64,000 bases of DNA from the human T2T-CHM13v2.0 reference genome, Homo sapiens. This document shows positions 1 to 21,465 of the stretch, one piece after another. The position numbers and the translations under genes are program-made. Numbering within the stretch: the stretch's first letter is position 1; every line of letters begins with the position of its first letter. The stretch is taken from NCBI RefSeq assembly GCF_009914755.1, contig NC_060936.1; one strand, written 5' to 3'. The notes beneath the pieces were generated by a model. It saw only the letters and a program-made list of their open reading frames with translations, ran no database searches and had not been told where the DNA came from.

Positions 1-120
1 TTTGGTAGAGACAGGGTTTCACCATGTTGGCCAGGCTGGTCTTGAACTCCTGACCTCGTGATACCCCTGCCTCGGCCTCCAAAGTGCTGGGATTACAGGC
101 ATGAGCCACCATGCCCAGCC
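1..120 (-). mobile_element. Alu (AluS/Y-type), left monomer, cut by window edge
   Basis: Reverse-complement Alu left arm (gtagagacagggtttcacc...gagccaccatgcccagcc). Confidence 0.9.
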
Positions 121-299
121 TTTATTTTTACCTAATGCTTGTGGTAGGCTCATCCACATCACAAAGCTGCATAGGCGTATGCAGGCATATGTGACATCTC
201 ACTCTCTAAGTGATCCAATATTTCCATTTTCTCACAAGAACTACATTTTCTTAGACTTTTAATGTCTGTCTGTAGTGTTAACAGCTGCCAGCTTTCCTC

Positions 300-1135
300 T
301 TACTTTTCTTCTTTTTAAAATTTCACTTTGTTATGAGAGATATTATCATATATGCAGAAGAGTGCACAAAACAGAGAATACAGTTTTCAATAAAAAAGTG
401 CAAAGTGAAGATTTGATAACCACCATCCAAGTCAAGAAACAGCACATTTCCAGCTCCAGGAAGCCCTCCCATCATCCCTTTCAAATTACCACAGAGGTAG
501 ACACTATCCTGACCTTGGGGATAAGCATTTCCTTGCTTTTCTTTATAGCTTTACCACCTATATGTGATCCCTAAATTATCTAGTGTATCTGTTTTTGAAC
601 TTTATAGGAAGGGAGTAATCAGATGTATTTTGTGCCTTATTTCTGTGTTCAACATTATGTTCGTGAGAGTCATCCACGATTCTTTGTGTAGATCTATTAA
701 TAGTGAATCCATTTTCATGGCTGTAGAGTAGTCCTTTCTGTGACCAGACTGCATTTCACTTATTTATTCTACTGTTGAAGTGCCTTTGACTATTGCAAAC
801 ATTGCTTCTGTGATTCTTCTTTTGCATATATCCTAGTGCAGGTGAGCATGTGTTTCCTAAGGTATATGCCTAGGAGTGAACTTGTCAGCATGTGGCCTAT
901 GCCTATCTTCAGCTTTACTGGAGAATGCCATACTATTTTGCAAGTGGTTGTACCACTTCATGTGCCCACCAGTGGTATATGAAAGTTCTCCTTGCTCTGC
1001 ATCTATGCCAACACTGGTGCTTTCAGATTAAAAAAAATTTTCAGTCAATCTGATAGGCATTTCATTTTGGTTTTAATTTGAATGTTTTTAAAGGTTTAAA
1101 AAGATTAAAGCCTCTTTTTAGGCTTATTGGCCATT
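300..1135 (-). mobile_element. Ancient L1M (L1ME/MC-like) 3' region, host of the L1PA insertion; continues at 13383-14280
   Basis: Degenerate L1M 3' motifs; sequence joins across the insert as ttggccatttggattttcttt|attgtgaagtacctatttaagtc. Confidence 0.7.
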
Positions 1136-1369
1136 TGGATTTTCTTTTTTATTTTATTTTATTTTATTATACTTTAAGTTTTAAGGTACAGGTGCACAAT
1201 GTGCAGGTTAGCTACATATGTATACATGTGCCATGCTGGTGCGCTGCACCCATTAACTCGTCATTTAGCATTAGGTATATCTCCTAAAGCTATCCCTCCC
1301 CCCTCCCCCACCCCACAACAGTCCCCAGAGTGTGATGTTCCCCTTCCTGTGTCCATGTGTTCTCATTGT

Positions 1370-4206
<2,837 letters not shown>

Positions 4207-4413
4207 TTATTATACTCTAAGTTTTAGGGTACATGTGCACATTGTGCAGGTTAGTTACATATGTATACATGTGCCATGCTGGTGCGCTGCACCCACTAAC
4301 GTGTCATCTAGCATTAGGTATATCTCCCAATGCTATCCCTCCCCCCTCCCCCGACCCCACCACAGTCCCCAGAGTGTGATATTCCCCTTCCTGTGTCCAT
4401 GTGATCTCATTGT

Positions 4414-8265
<3,852 letters not shown>

Positions 8266-8304
8266 TCATTAGTTGATGCAGTTTCTTCCTAGTCTCGATG
8301 GTCT

Positions 8305-9321
8305 TTACATTTTGGCATGATTTTGCAGCGGCTGGTACCGGTTGTTCCTTTCCATGTTTAGCGCTTCCTTCAGGAGCTCTTTTAGGGCAGGCCTGGTGGT
8401 GACAAAATGTCTCAGCATTTGCTTGTCTGTAAAGTATTTTATTTCTCCTTCACTTATGAAGCTTAGTTTGGCTGGATATGAAATTCTGGGTTGAAAATTC
8501 TTTTCTTTAAGAATGTTGAATATTGGCCCCCACTCTCTTCTGGCTTGTAGGGTTTCTGCCGAGAGATCCGCTGTTAGTCTGATGGGCTTTCCTTTGAGGG
8601 TAACCCGACCTTTCTCTCTGGCTGCCCTTAACATTTTTTCCTTCATTTCAACTTTGGTGAATCTGACAATTATGTGTCTTGGAGTTGCTCTTCTCCAGGA
8701 GTATCTTTGTGGCGTTCTCTGTATTTCCTGAATCTGAACGTTGGCCTGCCTTGCTAGATTGGGGAAGTTCTCCTGGATAATATCCTGCAGAGTGTTTTCC
8801 AACTTGGTTCCATTCTCCACATCACTTTCAGGTACACCAATCAGACGTAGATTTGGTCTTTTCACATAGTCCCATATTTCTTGGAGGCTTTGCTCATTTC
8901 TTTTTATTCTTTTTTCTCTAAACTTCCCTTCTCGCTTCATTTCATTCATTTCATCTTCCATTGCTGATACCCTTTCTTCCAGTTGATCGCATCGGCTCCT
9001 GAGGCTTCTGCATTCTTCATGTAGTTCTCGAGCCTTGGTTTTCAGCTCCATCAGCTCCTTTAAGCACTTCTCTGTATTGGTTATTCTAGTTATACATTCT
9101 TCTAAATTTTTTTCAAAGTTTTCAACTTCTTTGCCTTTGGTTTGAATGTCCTCCCGTAGCTCAGAGTAATTTGATCGTCTGAAGCCTTCTTCTCTCAGCT
9201 CGTCAAAATCATTCTCCATCCAGCTTTGTTCTGTTGCTGGTGAGGAACTGCGTTCCTTTGGAGGAGGAGAGGCGCTCTGCGTTTTAGAGTTTCCAGTTTT
9301 TCTGTTCTGTTTTTTCCCCAT
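8305..9321 (-). CDS. L1HS ORF1p (338 aa RNA-binding chaperone), intact frame
   Basis: MGKKQNRK...QNHAKM, 338 aa; carries R101H, S209W and D305H relative to the recalled consensus. Confidence 0.95.
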   Translation of the reverse strand: MGKKQNRKTGNSKTQSASPPPKERSSSPATEQSWMENDFDELREEGFRRSNYSELREDIQTKGKEVENFEKNLEECITRITNTEKCLKELMELKTKARELHEECRSLRSRCDQLEERVSAMEDEMNEMKREGKFREKRIKRNEQSLQEIWDYVKRPNLRLIGVPESDVENGTKLENTLQDIIQENFPNLARQANVQIQEIQRTPQRYSWRRATPRHIIVRFTKVEMKEKMLRAAREKGRVTLKGKPIRLTADLSAETLQARREWGPIFNILKEKNFQPRISYPAKLSFISEGEIKYFTDKQMLRHFVTTRPALKELLKEALNMERNNRYQPLQNHAKM

Positions 9322-10227
9322 CTTTGTGGTTTTATCTACTTTTGGTCTTTGATGATGGTGATGTACAGATGGGTTTTCGGTGTAGATGTCCTTTCTGGTT
9401 GTTAGTTTTCCTTCTAACAGACAGGACCCTCAGCTGCAGGTCTGTTGGAATACCCTGCCGTGTGAGGTGTCAGTGTGCCCCTGCTGGGGGGTGCCTCCCA
9501 GTTAGGCTGCTCGGGGGTCAGGGGTCAGGGACCCACTTGAGGAGGCAGTCTGCCCGTTCTCAGATCTCCAGCTGCGTGCTGGGAGAACCACTGCTCTCTT
9601 CAAAGCTGTCAGACAGGGACACTTAAGTCTGCAGAGGTTACTGCTGTCTTTTTGTTTGTCTGTGCCCTGCCCCCAGAGGTGGAGCCTACAGAGGCAGGCA
9701 GGCCTCCTTGAGCTGTGGTGGGCTCCACCCAGTTCGAGCTTCCCGGCTGTTTTGTTTACCTAAGCAAGCCTGGGCAATGGCGGGCGCCCCTCCCCCAGCC
9801 TCGTTGCCGCCTTGCAGTTTGATCTCAGACTGCTGTGCTAGCAATCAGCGAGACTCCGTGGGCGTAGGACTCTCTGAGCCAGGTGTGGGATATAGTCTCG
9901 TGGTGCGCCGTTTCTTAAGCCGGTCTGAAAAGCGCAATATTCTGGTGGGAGTGACCCGATTTTCCAGGTGCGTCCGTCACCCCTTTCTTTGACTTGGAAA
10001 GGGAACTCCCTGACCCCTTGCGCTTCCCAGGTGAAGCAATGCCTCGCCCTGCTTCGGCTCGCGCACGGTGCGCACACACACTGGCCTGCGCCCACTGTCT
10101 GGCACTCCCTAGTGAGATGAACCCGGTACCTCAGATGGAAATGCAGAAATCACCCGTCTTCTGCGTCGCTCACGCTGGGAGCTGTAGACCGGAGCTGTTC
10201 CTATTCGGCCATCTTGGCTCCTCCTCC
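9322..10227 (-). promoter_or_regulatory. L1HS 5'UTR internal sense promoter and antisense promoter, CpG-rich, YY1 site intact
   Basis: YY1 motif ggccatcttg at 10207-10216; many CpGs retained. Confidence 0.85.
9777..9992 (+). CDS. L1 ORF0 (71 aa antisense ORF), intact, with splice donors at 9882/9883 and 9967/9968
   Basis: MAGAPPPASLPPCSLISDCCASNQRDSVGV...RCVRHPFL; CAG|GTGTGG and CAG|GTGCGT. Confidence 0.85.
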   Translation: MAGAPPPASLPPCSLISDCCASNQRDSVGVGLSEPGVGYSLVVRRFLSRSEKRNILVGVTRFSRCVRHPFL

Positions 10228-10244
10228 GATTTTAGTTATTTCTT

Positions 10245-11255
10245 GCCTTCTGCTAGCTTTTGAATGTGTTTGCTCTTGCTTTTCTAGTTCTTTTAATTGT
10301 GATGTTAGGGTGTCAATTTTGGATCTTTCCTGCTTTCTCTTGTGGGCATTTAGTACTATAAATTTCCCTCTACACACTGCTTTGAATGTGTCCCAGAGAT
10401 TCTGGTATGTTGTGTCTTTGTTCTCATTGGTTTCAAAGACATCTTTATTTCTGCCTTCTTTTCATTATGTACCCAGTAGTCATTCAGGAGCAGGTTGTTC
10501 AGTTTCCATGTAGTTGAGTGGTTTTGAGTGAGTTTCTTAATCCTGAGTTCTAGTTTGATTGCACTGTGGTCTGAGAGACAGTTTGTTATAATTTCTGATC
10601 TTTTACATTTGCTGAGGAGAGCTTTACTTCCAACTATGTGGTCAATTTTGGAATAGGTGTGGTGTGGTGCTGAAAAAAATGTATATTCTGTTGATTTGGG
10701 GTGGAGAGTTCTGTAGATGTCTATTAGGTCCGCTTGGTGCAGAGCTGAGTTCAATTCCTGGGTATCCTTGTTAACTTTCTGTCTCATTGATCTGTCTAAT
10801 GTTGACAGTGGGGTGTTAAAGTCTCCCGTTATTATTGTGTGGAAGTCTAAGTCTCTTTGTAGGTCACTCAGGACTTGCTTTATGAATCTGGGTGCTCCTG
10901 TATTGGGTGCATATATATTTAGGATAGTTAGCTCTTCTTGTTGAATTGATCCCTTTACCATTATGTAATGGCCTTCTTTGTCTCTTTTGATCTTTGTTGG
11001 TTTAAAGTCTGTTTTATCAGAGACTAGGATTGCAACCCCTGCCTTTTTTTGTTTTCCATTTGCTTGGTAGGTCTTCCTCCATCCTTTGATTTTGAGCCTA
11101 TGTGTGTCTCTACACGTGAGATGGGTTTCCTGAATACAGCACACTGATGGGTCTTGACTCTTTGTCCAATTTGCCAGTCTGTGTCTTTTAATTGGAGCAT
11201 TTAGTCCATTTACATTTAAAGTTAATATTGTTATGTGTGAATTTGATCCTGTCAT
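10245..11255 (-). pseudogene. Outer L1PA ORF2 N-terminus (endonuclease), frameshifted near 10437 and interrupted by L1HS
   Basis: [21 protein letters not shown]...; tttcaaagacatc versus tttcaaagaacatc in the inner copy. Confidence 0.9.
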
Positions 11256-11318
11256 TATGATGTTAGCTGGTTATTTTGCTCATTAGCTGATGCAGTTTCT
11301 TCCTAGCCTCAGCGGTCT

Positions 11319-12335
11319 TTACAATTTGGCATGATTTTGCAGTGGCTGGTACTGGTTGTTCCTTTCCATGTTTAGGGCTTCCTTCAGGAGCTCTTTTAGG
11401 GCAGGCCTGGTGGTGACAAAATGTCTCAGCATTTGCTTGTCTGTAAAGTATTTTATTTCTCCTTCACTTATGAAGCTTAGTTTGGCTGGATATGAAATTC
11501 TGGGTTAAAAATTCTTTTCTTTATGAATGTTGAATATTGGCCCCCACTCTCTTCTGGCTTGTAGAGTTTCTGCCGAGAGATCCGCTGTTAGTCTGATGGG
11601 CTTCCCTTTGTGGGTAACCCGACCTTTCTCTCTGGCTGCCCTTAACATTTTTTCCTTCATTTCAACTTTGGTGAATCTGACAATTATGTGTCTTGGAGTT
11701 GCTCTTCTCCAGGAGTATCTTTGTGGCGTTCTCTGTATTTCCTGAATCTGAATGTTGGCCTGCCTTGCTAGATTGGGGATGTTCTCCTGGATAATATCCT
11801 GCAGAGTGTTTTCCAACTTGGTTCCATTCTCCCCATCACTTTCAGGTACACCAATCAGACGTAGATTTGGTCTTTTCACATAGTCCCATATTTCTTGGAG
11901 GCTTTGTTCATTTCTTTTTATTCTTTTTTCTCTAAACTTCCCTTCTCGCTTCATTTCATTCATTTCATCTTCCATCACTGATATCCTTTCTTCCAGTTGA
12001 TTGCATCGGCTCCTGAGGCTTCTGCATTCTTCACGTAGTTCTCGAGCCTTGGCTTTCAGCTCCATCAGCTCCTTTAAGCACTTCTCTGTATTGGTTATTC
12101 TAGTTATACATTCATCTAAATTTTTTTCAAAGTTTTCAACTTCTTTGCTTTTGGTTTGAATTTCCTCCTGTAGCTCAGAGTAGTTTGATCGTCTGAAGCC
12201 TTCTTCTCTCAACTCGTCAAAGTCATTCTCCATCCAGCTTTGTTCCGTTGCTGGTGAGGAGCTGTGTTCCTTTGGAGGAGGAGAGGCACTCTGCTTTTTA
12301 GAGTTTCCAGTTTTTCTGCTCTGTTTTTTCCCCAT
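11319..12335 (-). pseudogene. Outer L1PA ORF1 with premature stop (Q277*)
   Basis: ORF 11505-12335 ends at EKNF*; homology with the inner ORF1 continues to ~11319. Confidence 0.9.
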
Positions 12336-12460
12336 CTTTGTGGTTTTATCTACTTTTGGTCTTTGATGATGGTGATGTACAGATGGGTTTTTGGTGTGGA
12401 TGTCCTTTCTGTTTGTTAGTTTTCCTTCTAACAGACAGGACCCTCAGCTGCAGGTCTGTT

Positions 12461-12592
12461 GGAGTTTGCTAGAGGTCCACTCCGGACCCTGTTTGCCTGG
12501 GTACCAGCAGCAGCGGCTGCAGAACAGCGGATTTTCATGAACCGCGAATGCTGCTGTCTGATCGTTCCTCTCGAAGTTTTGTCTCAGAGGAG
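12461..12592 (-). promoter_or_regulatory. 5'UTR segment present in L1PA3-6160 and older L1s (ZNF93 binding region), absent from the inner L1HS
   Basis: Inner copy reads tctgttgga|ataccctgccg; outer copy has 128 extra bp between ggag repeats. Confidence 0.8.
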
Positions 12593-12917
12593 TACCCGGC
12601 CGTGTGAGGTGTCAGTGTGCCCCTACTGGGGGGTGCCTCCCAGTTAGGCTGCTCAGGGGTCAGGCGTCAGGGACCCACTTGAGGAGGCAGTCTGCCCGTT
12701 CTCAGATCTCAGCTGCGTGCTGGGAGAACCACTGCTCTCTTCAAAGCTGTCAGACAGGGACATTTAAGTCTGCAGAGGTTACTGCTGTCTTTTTGTTTGT
12801 CTGTCCCCTGCCCCCAGAGGTGGAGCCTACAGAGGCAGGCAGGCCTCCTTGAGCTGTGGTAGGCTCCACCCAGTTCGAGCTTCCCGGCTGCTTTCTTTAC
12901 CTAAGCAAGCCTGGGCA

Positions 12918-13184
12918 ATGGTGGGCGCCCCTCCCTCAGCCTTGCTGCCGCCTTGCAGTTTGATATCAGACTGCTGTGCTAGCAATCAGCGAGACTCCGT
13001 GGGCATGGGACCCTCTGAGCCAGGTGCAGGATATAATCTCCTGGTGCGCCGTTTTTTAAGCCTGTCGGAAAAGCGCAGTATTGGGGTGGGAGTGACCCGA
13101 TTTTCCAGGTGCCGTCTGTCACCCCTTTCTTTGACTAGGAAAGGGAACTCCCTGACCCCTTGCGCTTCCGGAGTGAGGCAATGA
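12918..13184 (+). CDS. ORF0-like antisense ORF of the outer L1PA (88 aa)
   Basis: MVGAPPSALLPPCSLISDCCASNQRD... from ATG 12918. Confidence 0.55.
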   Translation: MVGAPPSALLPPCSLISDCCASNQRDSVGMGPSEPGAGYNLLVRRFLSLSEKRSIGVGVTRFSRCRLSPLSLTRKGNSLTPCASGVRQ

Positions 13185-13419
13185 CTCGCCCTGCTTCAGC
13201 TCGCGCACAGTGCGCTGCACCCACTGACCTGCGCCCACTGTCTGGCACTCCCTAGTGAGATGAACCCGGTACCTCAGATGGAAATGCAGAGATCACCCCT
13301 CTTCTGTGTCGCTCACGCTGGGAGCTGTAGACCGGAGCTGTTCCTATTCGGCCATCTTGGCTCCACCCGCTGGATTTTCTTTATTGTGAAGTACCTATTT
13401 AAGTCTTCTGTCTATTTTC

Positions 13420-13757
13420 TTTCTTTCTTTTCTTTACTTTTCTTTCTTTCTTTCTTTCTTTTTTTTTTTTTTTTTTTGAGACAGAGTTTTGCTCTTATTG
13501 CCCAGGCTGGAGTGCAGTAGCACGATCTCGGCTCACCGCAACCTTCGCCTCCCAGGTTCAAGCAATTCTCCTGCCTCAGCATCCCATGTAACGGATTACA
13601 GGCCCTGCCAGCATGCCCGGCTAATTTTTGTATTTTTAGTAGAGACGGGGTTTCACCATGTTGGCCAGGCTGGTCTCGAACTCCTGACCTCAAGTGATCC
13701 ACCCGCCTTGGCCTCCCAAAGTGCTGAGATTACAGGTGTGAACCACCACACCCAGCC
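13420..13757 (-). mobile_element. AluS with (TTTC)n-derived tail, inserted in old L1M
   Basis: Full dimer; diverged TSD ttctgtctattttct / ttctgcccattttct. Confidence 0.9.
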
Positions 13758-14280
13758 TTTCTGCCCATTTTCTAATGGTTGTTTTACTCTCGATTATAGA
13801 AGTTCTTAATCTTAGATCCATGCCAATTATGTATGTTTCAAATATTTTTCCTACCTTGTAACTTGTCTTTTCACTTTCTTTATTGTATCTTTTGAAAAAT
13901 AGACACTCTTAATTTTAGCAGGTCTGAATTTGTCTTTTCCTTTATAGAGAGCGCTTTTCGTATCTTGTTTAAGAAATCCTTTTCCCTGAGGTCATGAAGT
14001 TATTTTCCAGTATTACATTCAAAGGCTTTATAGTTCTGGCTTTCACATTTAGATCTTTATTTCACCTGGAACTATGGCTCTAATTTCATTATTTTCCAAG
14101 TAATTACCCAATCATTCTAGCACCATTTATTGAAAAATCTGTTGTTTCCCAGTTGATCTGCAATGCCCCGTGTGGTCATACACCAGGAGTTCAAATATTG
14201 GGGGTCTATTTCTGGGATTTCTATTCTGCTCCATTGATTTATTTGTTTAACCCTGTGCCAAAACCATACATTTTTCCCCA
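13758..14280 (-). mobile_element. Continuation of the ancient L1M (ORF2 3' part)
   Basis: Degenerate motifs such as cagcaccatttattgaaa and ggtctatttctggg. Confidence 0.65.
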
Positions 14281-14295
14281 TTTCAGTTTTCGTTA

Positions 14296-15345
14296 TTCAT
14301 TCAACACATTTATTTGAAATGCTTAATAGACAGCATGCTAGGTAGTGAAGATAGAGCCCTGCCCTCCTAGAATTTATGGTCTAGTGGGAGAGTCACACAA
14401 TAAACAAGATAAATAAATAAAATACATAGTATGTTAGATAACAATACATGCTGAGGAGAAAAATAAAGCAGGGAAGGGGATTAGGAAGAGTTGGGGATGG
14501 AGTTGGAATTTTGAGTTTTGGTCAGGGAAGGTTTCACTGTAAAGGAGATAGTAATGTTAATATCTAAGGGAAATAAGAGGGCCCCCTGTGGCTGTCTGGA
14601 GGAAAAGAGCTCCAGGCAGAAGGATCCGCAGGTGCAAAGGCCCTGAGAAGGGACCATGCCTGGTGTGTTTGAGTAACAGGTTTGGCCAGTGAGCACGCAT
14701 GGTGCAAGCAGATACAGGGAGATGAAGTTGGAGCGTTAATGGGGCCTATCACAGAAGCCCTGTCATTCACCATACGGATTTTGGCTTTTATTGCCATTAG
14801 AGGGTTTCGAGTAGAGTAACTTGATCTACTCTATATTTAAAAGGATCCCTCTTGATATTGAGTTGAGAAAAGACCAAAGAGGGGCCAGGGTGGAAACAGG
14901 AATACCAGCCAAGAATCTGTTGAAACAATTCAGGTGAAAGATAATGGTGACTTGGAGCAGGGGTGTAGCCCTGGTGAAAGAGGTGAGATTCTGGATGTGC
15001 CAACAGATTCCATGTGAGGCTTGAGAGAAAGACAACAGTCAAGGAGGGCTCCAGGATTTCTTCTTGGGGACATTTTCCACAAAGGAACGAAGTCTTTATC
15101 ATCTGATGAGCATTACTGCACACAGAATGCTGACAAACAGGGAACAGGAGCTTCACTCTGAGGCAGGTGCTGGGCTGAACTGGTCCACCGCTGCCTCCAT
15201 CTGTGAAAGTCGAGACAGACTTCCTAGAGGAGGCTGAACCCAATCTCATTTTTTTGAAGGACAAATGAGAGTTTGCCAGATGAACGCTGGGCATTTCAAG
15301 CATGGGAACAGCGTGAGTAAAAGTCTGGGCAAGTGAAATAGTACA
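14296..15345 (-). mobile_element. L2 (LINE-2) fragments
   Basis: ttcattcaacacatttattt 3' tail, gccctcctagaatttatggtctagtggg, aggtgcaaaggccctgag. Confidence 0.75.
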
Positions 15346-15348
15346 GAG

Positions 15349-16382
<1,034 letters not shown>

Positions 16383-17068
16383 AAAGCATTTTTCATGCTA
16401 GGAGAGAACATGTTTGTACAGGGGAGAGTGAGAGGAAATGAAGCTAAACTATTAGGCAGGGGCACTTATGCAAGACATTGTCTGCCATGTTAAGTTTTAT
16501 CCAGCCAATGGAACACCAGGAATGCATGGTCTTAGTCTCAGGAAAAGTACACTATAATTTAAAAGACAGATATGTGTGCATATATACACACATACACATA
16601 TAGACCTGCAATACATTGTGATTATTCCCCTGAGAAAAAGATATGTACTAAACGCTTGATTTTTGACTCAGGAGGAGGTTAGAGAAAGCGTTATGAAGTA
16701 TAGAATATATAGGTTGGTCCCTGAAGAATGAAGAACAAATGACCAGAAAAAAAGAGTCAACTGCAAAAGCAAATCAACAGATGTGATAGTGCATGGCATA
16801 TTTGTGAACTGCACAGGACTGGTATGGCCAATGAATTAAAATTGTAGGAGGTAACAATGAAAAGATTGCCTAGGGCCAACTGTGAGTAGTTTTGAATGCA
16901 ATACTGTGGAGTTTAGACTTTCTTCCAATAACTATATGAAGCTGTCAAGGATTTCTGAGAGGTGATTGATTTGATTAGTTTTGTGTTCTAGAAAGACAAA
17001 TCTGGCAGCATGAAGATTGACTGGAATATAAAGAGATGAGTCATAGGGCGACTGGCTAGAAAGATGGT

Positions 17069-18106
<1,038 letters not shown>

Positions 18107-18154
18107 CTAGGACTTAGGGTTCATTAGAAGTGAGGTTTCTATCTTGGGAATATG

Positions 18155-18740
18155 GATTATAAACTAATACTTACAGGGTGCGCAGTAGGCCCTAGGCACC
18201 ATTCTAAGTGCTTACCTGCACTGATTAATGCAACCTGTCATAACAACCCTATGAGACAGGAGCTACCATTATCTCTATTTTACAGATAAGGAATCCAGAC
18301 CGGGCACAGTGGCTCACACCTGTAATCCCAGTACTTTGGGAGGCAGAGGTGGGAGGTTCGCTTGAGCCCAGGAGTTCAAGACTGGCCTGGGCAAACAGGG
18401 TGAAACCCCATCTCTGCGAAAAATAGAAAAATTAGCTGGGCATGGTGGTGCATGTCTGTAGCCCCAGCTACTCAGGAGGCTGAGTTGGGAAGATCACCTG
18501 AGCCCAGGGAGGTCGAGGCTGCGGTGAGCCATGATTGTGCCACTGCACTCCAGAGTTCCAGCTTGGGTGACAGGGCAAGACACTGTCTCAAAAAGAAAAA
18601 GAAAAGAAAAGAAGGAAAGAAGAAACCCAAAGCTCAATAGTTATATAACTGCCCAAGATTAAAAGGCTGCTACATGGTGAAGTGTGGATTTGAATCCAAG
18701 ACAACTGGCTGCACAGTCCACATGGCTGGCCACAATGAAC
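18155..18740 (-). mobile_element. MIR interrupted by AluJ (18297-18620, + strand)
   Basis: MIR core ttttacagataaggaa ... ggatttgaatcca; AluJ diagnostics cttgagcccaggagttcaag and gaggctgc. Confidence 0.8.
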
Positions 18741-19461
18741 ACTATCTCTCAACTGTGCCTATCGAAGAGTGTACTTACTACATAAGATGCACAGCAGTGC
18801 CATCTATGCCATTACAGATGCTGACTTTGAGACATGAAGTATGCTCTTGTAGATGCAGCTTGACCAAAAGTTAATTAGCAAATTATTTGCAAAGCTACAA
18901 TAATCCAAAAGTAGGATAAACCAAGAAAAGTCCACAGGCTAACACATGAGGCCTATTGTCATAAGTTGCAGTGGAAAGGATGGCTAGAGGGAGCGACATC
19001 TTCCACATCACCAATATTTCTGCAGGGCTTGCTGGTGTGGGAGGAGATTAGGAGTAATCTCAGAGATAAAATCTTCAGACTGGAGTCAGCTGGCATCATA
19101 GAAAACTAAGGGATTAAAATCCGTCTCCATCAAAGGGAACAGTACATTTAGAGGAAGCAATAATGTCCGGAATGAGGGATGGAAGATTAAGTAAACTATG
19201 ATTGGGTTAAAAGGTAGAAAGAAGTGAGGCAGAACATCCAAAGAAGGAAGGTAACTTCCACTGCTGGATTTCCATCAGGAAACCTTAAATAACCTCTAAA
19301 GGTAGTGATGAGAATGGGGATATAACCAGAGGGTCACAGACTCTCAGAGGTGGAAGGTGCACAGTCCTACTTTATACTTTAAACATTTGTATACCCCAGA
19401 CATTGTTAACCTGGGCCTCAAGGATGAGTTTCACAGTCAAATGCAAAATTATGCATTACTT

Positions 19462-19483
19462 TGTGTGTGTGTGTGTGTGTGTG
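19462..19483 (+). repeat. (TG)n microsatellite
   Basis: Direct read, ~11 units. Confidence 0.9.
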
Positions 19484-20303
19484 CCTGCGTGTGCACCTGC
19501 ATACATGCATGAGTATATGTGCATGGATCTGAGCATTTTTCTGGGAAGAAAAAATATCCATGGTGTCCATTCAATTTTCAAAGAGGCCCTTGAACATAAA
19601 AATGTCCAGGACAAGTGATTGTATAATTTTTCCTTGAATAAACGTGGCTGGCTCCTTCTTTTGGTGGCCTGTCTTGTTGCTGATCAGTTCTGTTGTAACA
19701 TCCTTCCTCATATTGGGCTGGTGTTTATCCTCCAGGAACTCCCACCCGCAGTCCTGGTTTGCCCTCTGGAGTAACACCGGGTAAGTCTAATCCCTCTTTC
19801 ATCTTTCTAAATGGAAACTCCTTTCTCAGAGTATTGAATTTTTTTTCCTGATATGAGCTTAGTTGTTAAAAGAAATCCTTGACATTTTTGATCCTTCTAA
19901 AGATTCTCATGGAGTCAGCAATATCCTCATATTTGAAAAGTTTGTAAGCTTGGCTACCTGGAGCTGAAAGGTAACCGATTCCATTACTACTTAACCCGAT
20001 ATAGTCCCAGAGGGTGTAATTTTCATGTTTGTTAAAATATTGGAGAAAGGATATAGAATTCCGTCCTCTCTCCCTGTTTGGCAAATAATGCTTAATGATA
20101 GCTCCAAAAGGTCTGATTTTCAGGAAATGCAGCTTTAACAAGGAGGACATAACATTCTGATTATAACCACAGAACTTCAGAAAATGCAAAATAAAAAGTA
20201 AGCTTATTACGTGGAAAGACTTTATGTCATAGGATTGAATTTTTTTAAATCTATGACCTCAAACTTTTCTTTTTAACTTATTTACACATTGGCTTTCTTA
20301 TAA

Positions 20304-20739
<436 letters not shown>

Positions 20740-20918
20740 TAGTATGAGGTCTGCTTCATTTGAAGCCAACTGCTAATTCAGCTACCTGGAGCAGCCTTAG
20801 CAGGTAATCACTAAATGTTTGTTGATGTAAGATGAGAAGAAACAAATGTTCACTCATTCAGTGAGTATGTATTGAAAACCTACTGTGTACAAAACATACA
20901 AACTGCAAGGAGTCGAAG

Positions 20919-21465
20919 TGTTACTGGTGGACAGTGTCCAGGTAAAATAATTGGACAAAATGCACAAACAAATCAAGATAAGAATGAAGCAAGGAAAGCA
21001 CAGATTTACTGAAATGAAAGTACACTCCACAGACTGGGAGCAGGCTTAAGCAAGCGGCTCAAGAGTGCTGGTTACAGAATTTTCCAGGATTTAAATACCC
21101 TCCAGAGGTTTCCCATTGGTTACTTGGTTTACAACCTATGTAACTGAAGTAGTGGCCTGCAATCAGTCTGATTGGTTGCAGAAGGTGAACAATCAGAGGC
21201 TGAAGTGAAGTTACAAAGTTACACACGAAGTCTTGGCGTTAAGACCAGTCTGATTGCTGATTGGTTGCAGGAGGGGACCAATCGCAGGTACTTTCATTTT
21301 TCATCTGCAATGCAGAAAATCGGGGTGTGCAAATGGAGTAGCCTCTGATCCTTTTGTTACTTGGTGTGGAGAGGTGGTTTTTTCCCTTTTGATTCAGTTC
21401 TAGGAAGTCAGTGCAAATGCACCATGGGTTCCCTGCCTCCAGACCCTATTCTTGAACCTGCCTCA
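20919..21465 (-). mobile_element. Solo ERV1 LTR, MER51-like
   Basis: TG...CA ends, 4-bp near-TSD gaag/aaag, aaagtacactccacag and agaccctattc...gcctca motifs, repeated CCAAT boxes. Confidence 0.7.

Noticed and set aside
19866-20189. 107-aa ORF in unique sequence
   Set aside because: Non-ATG start in the track, no recognisable homology
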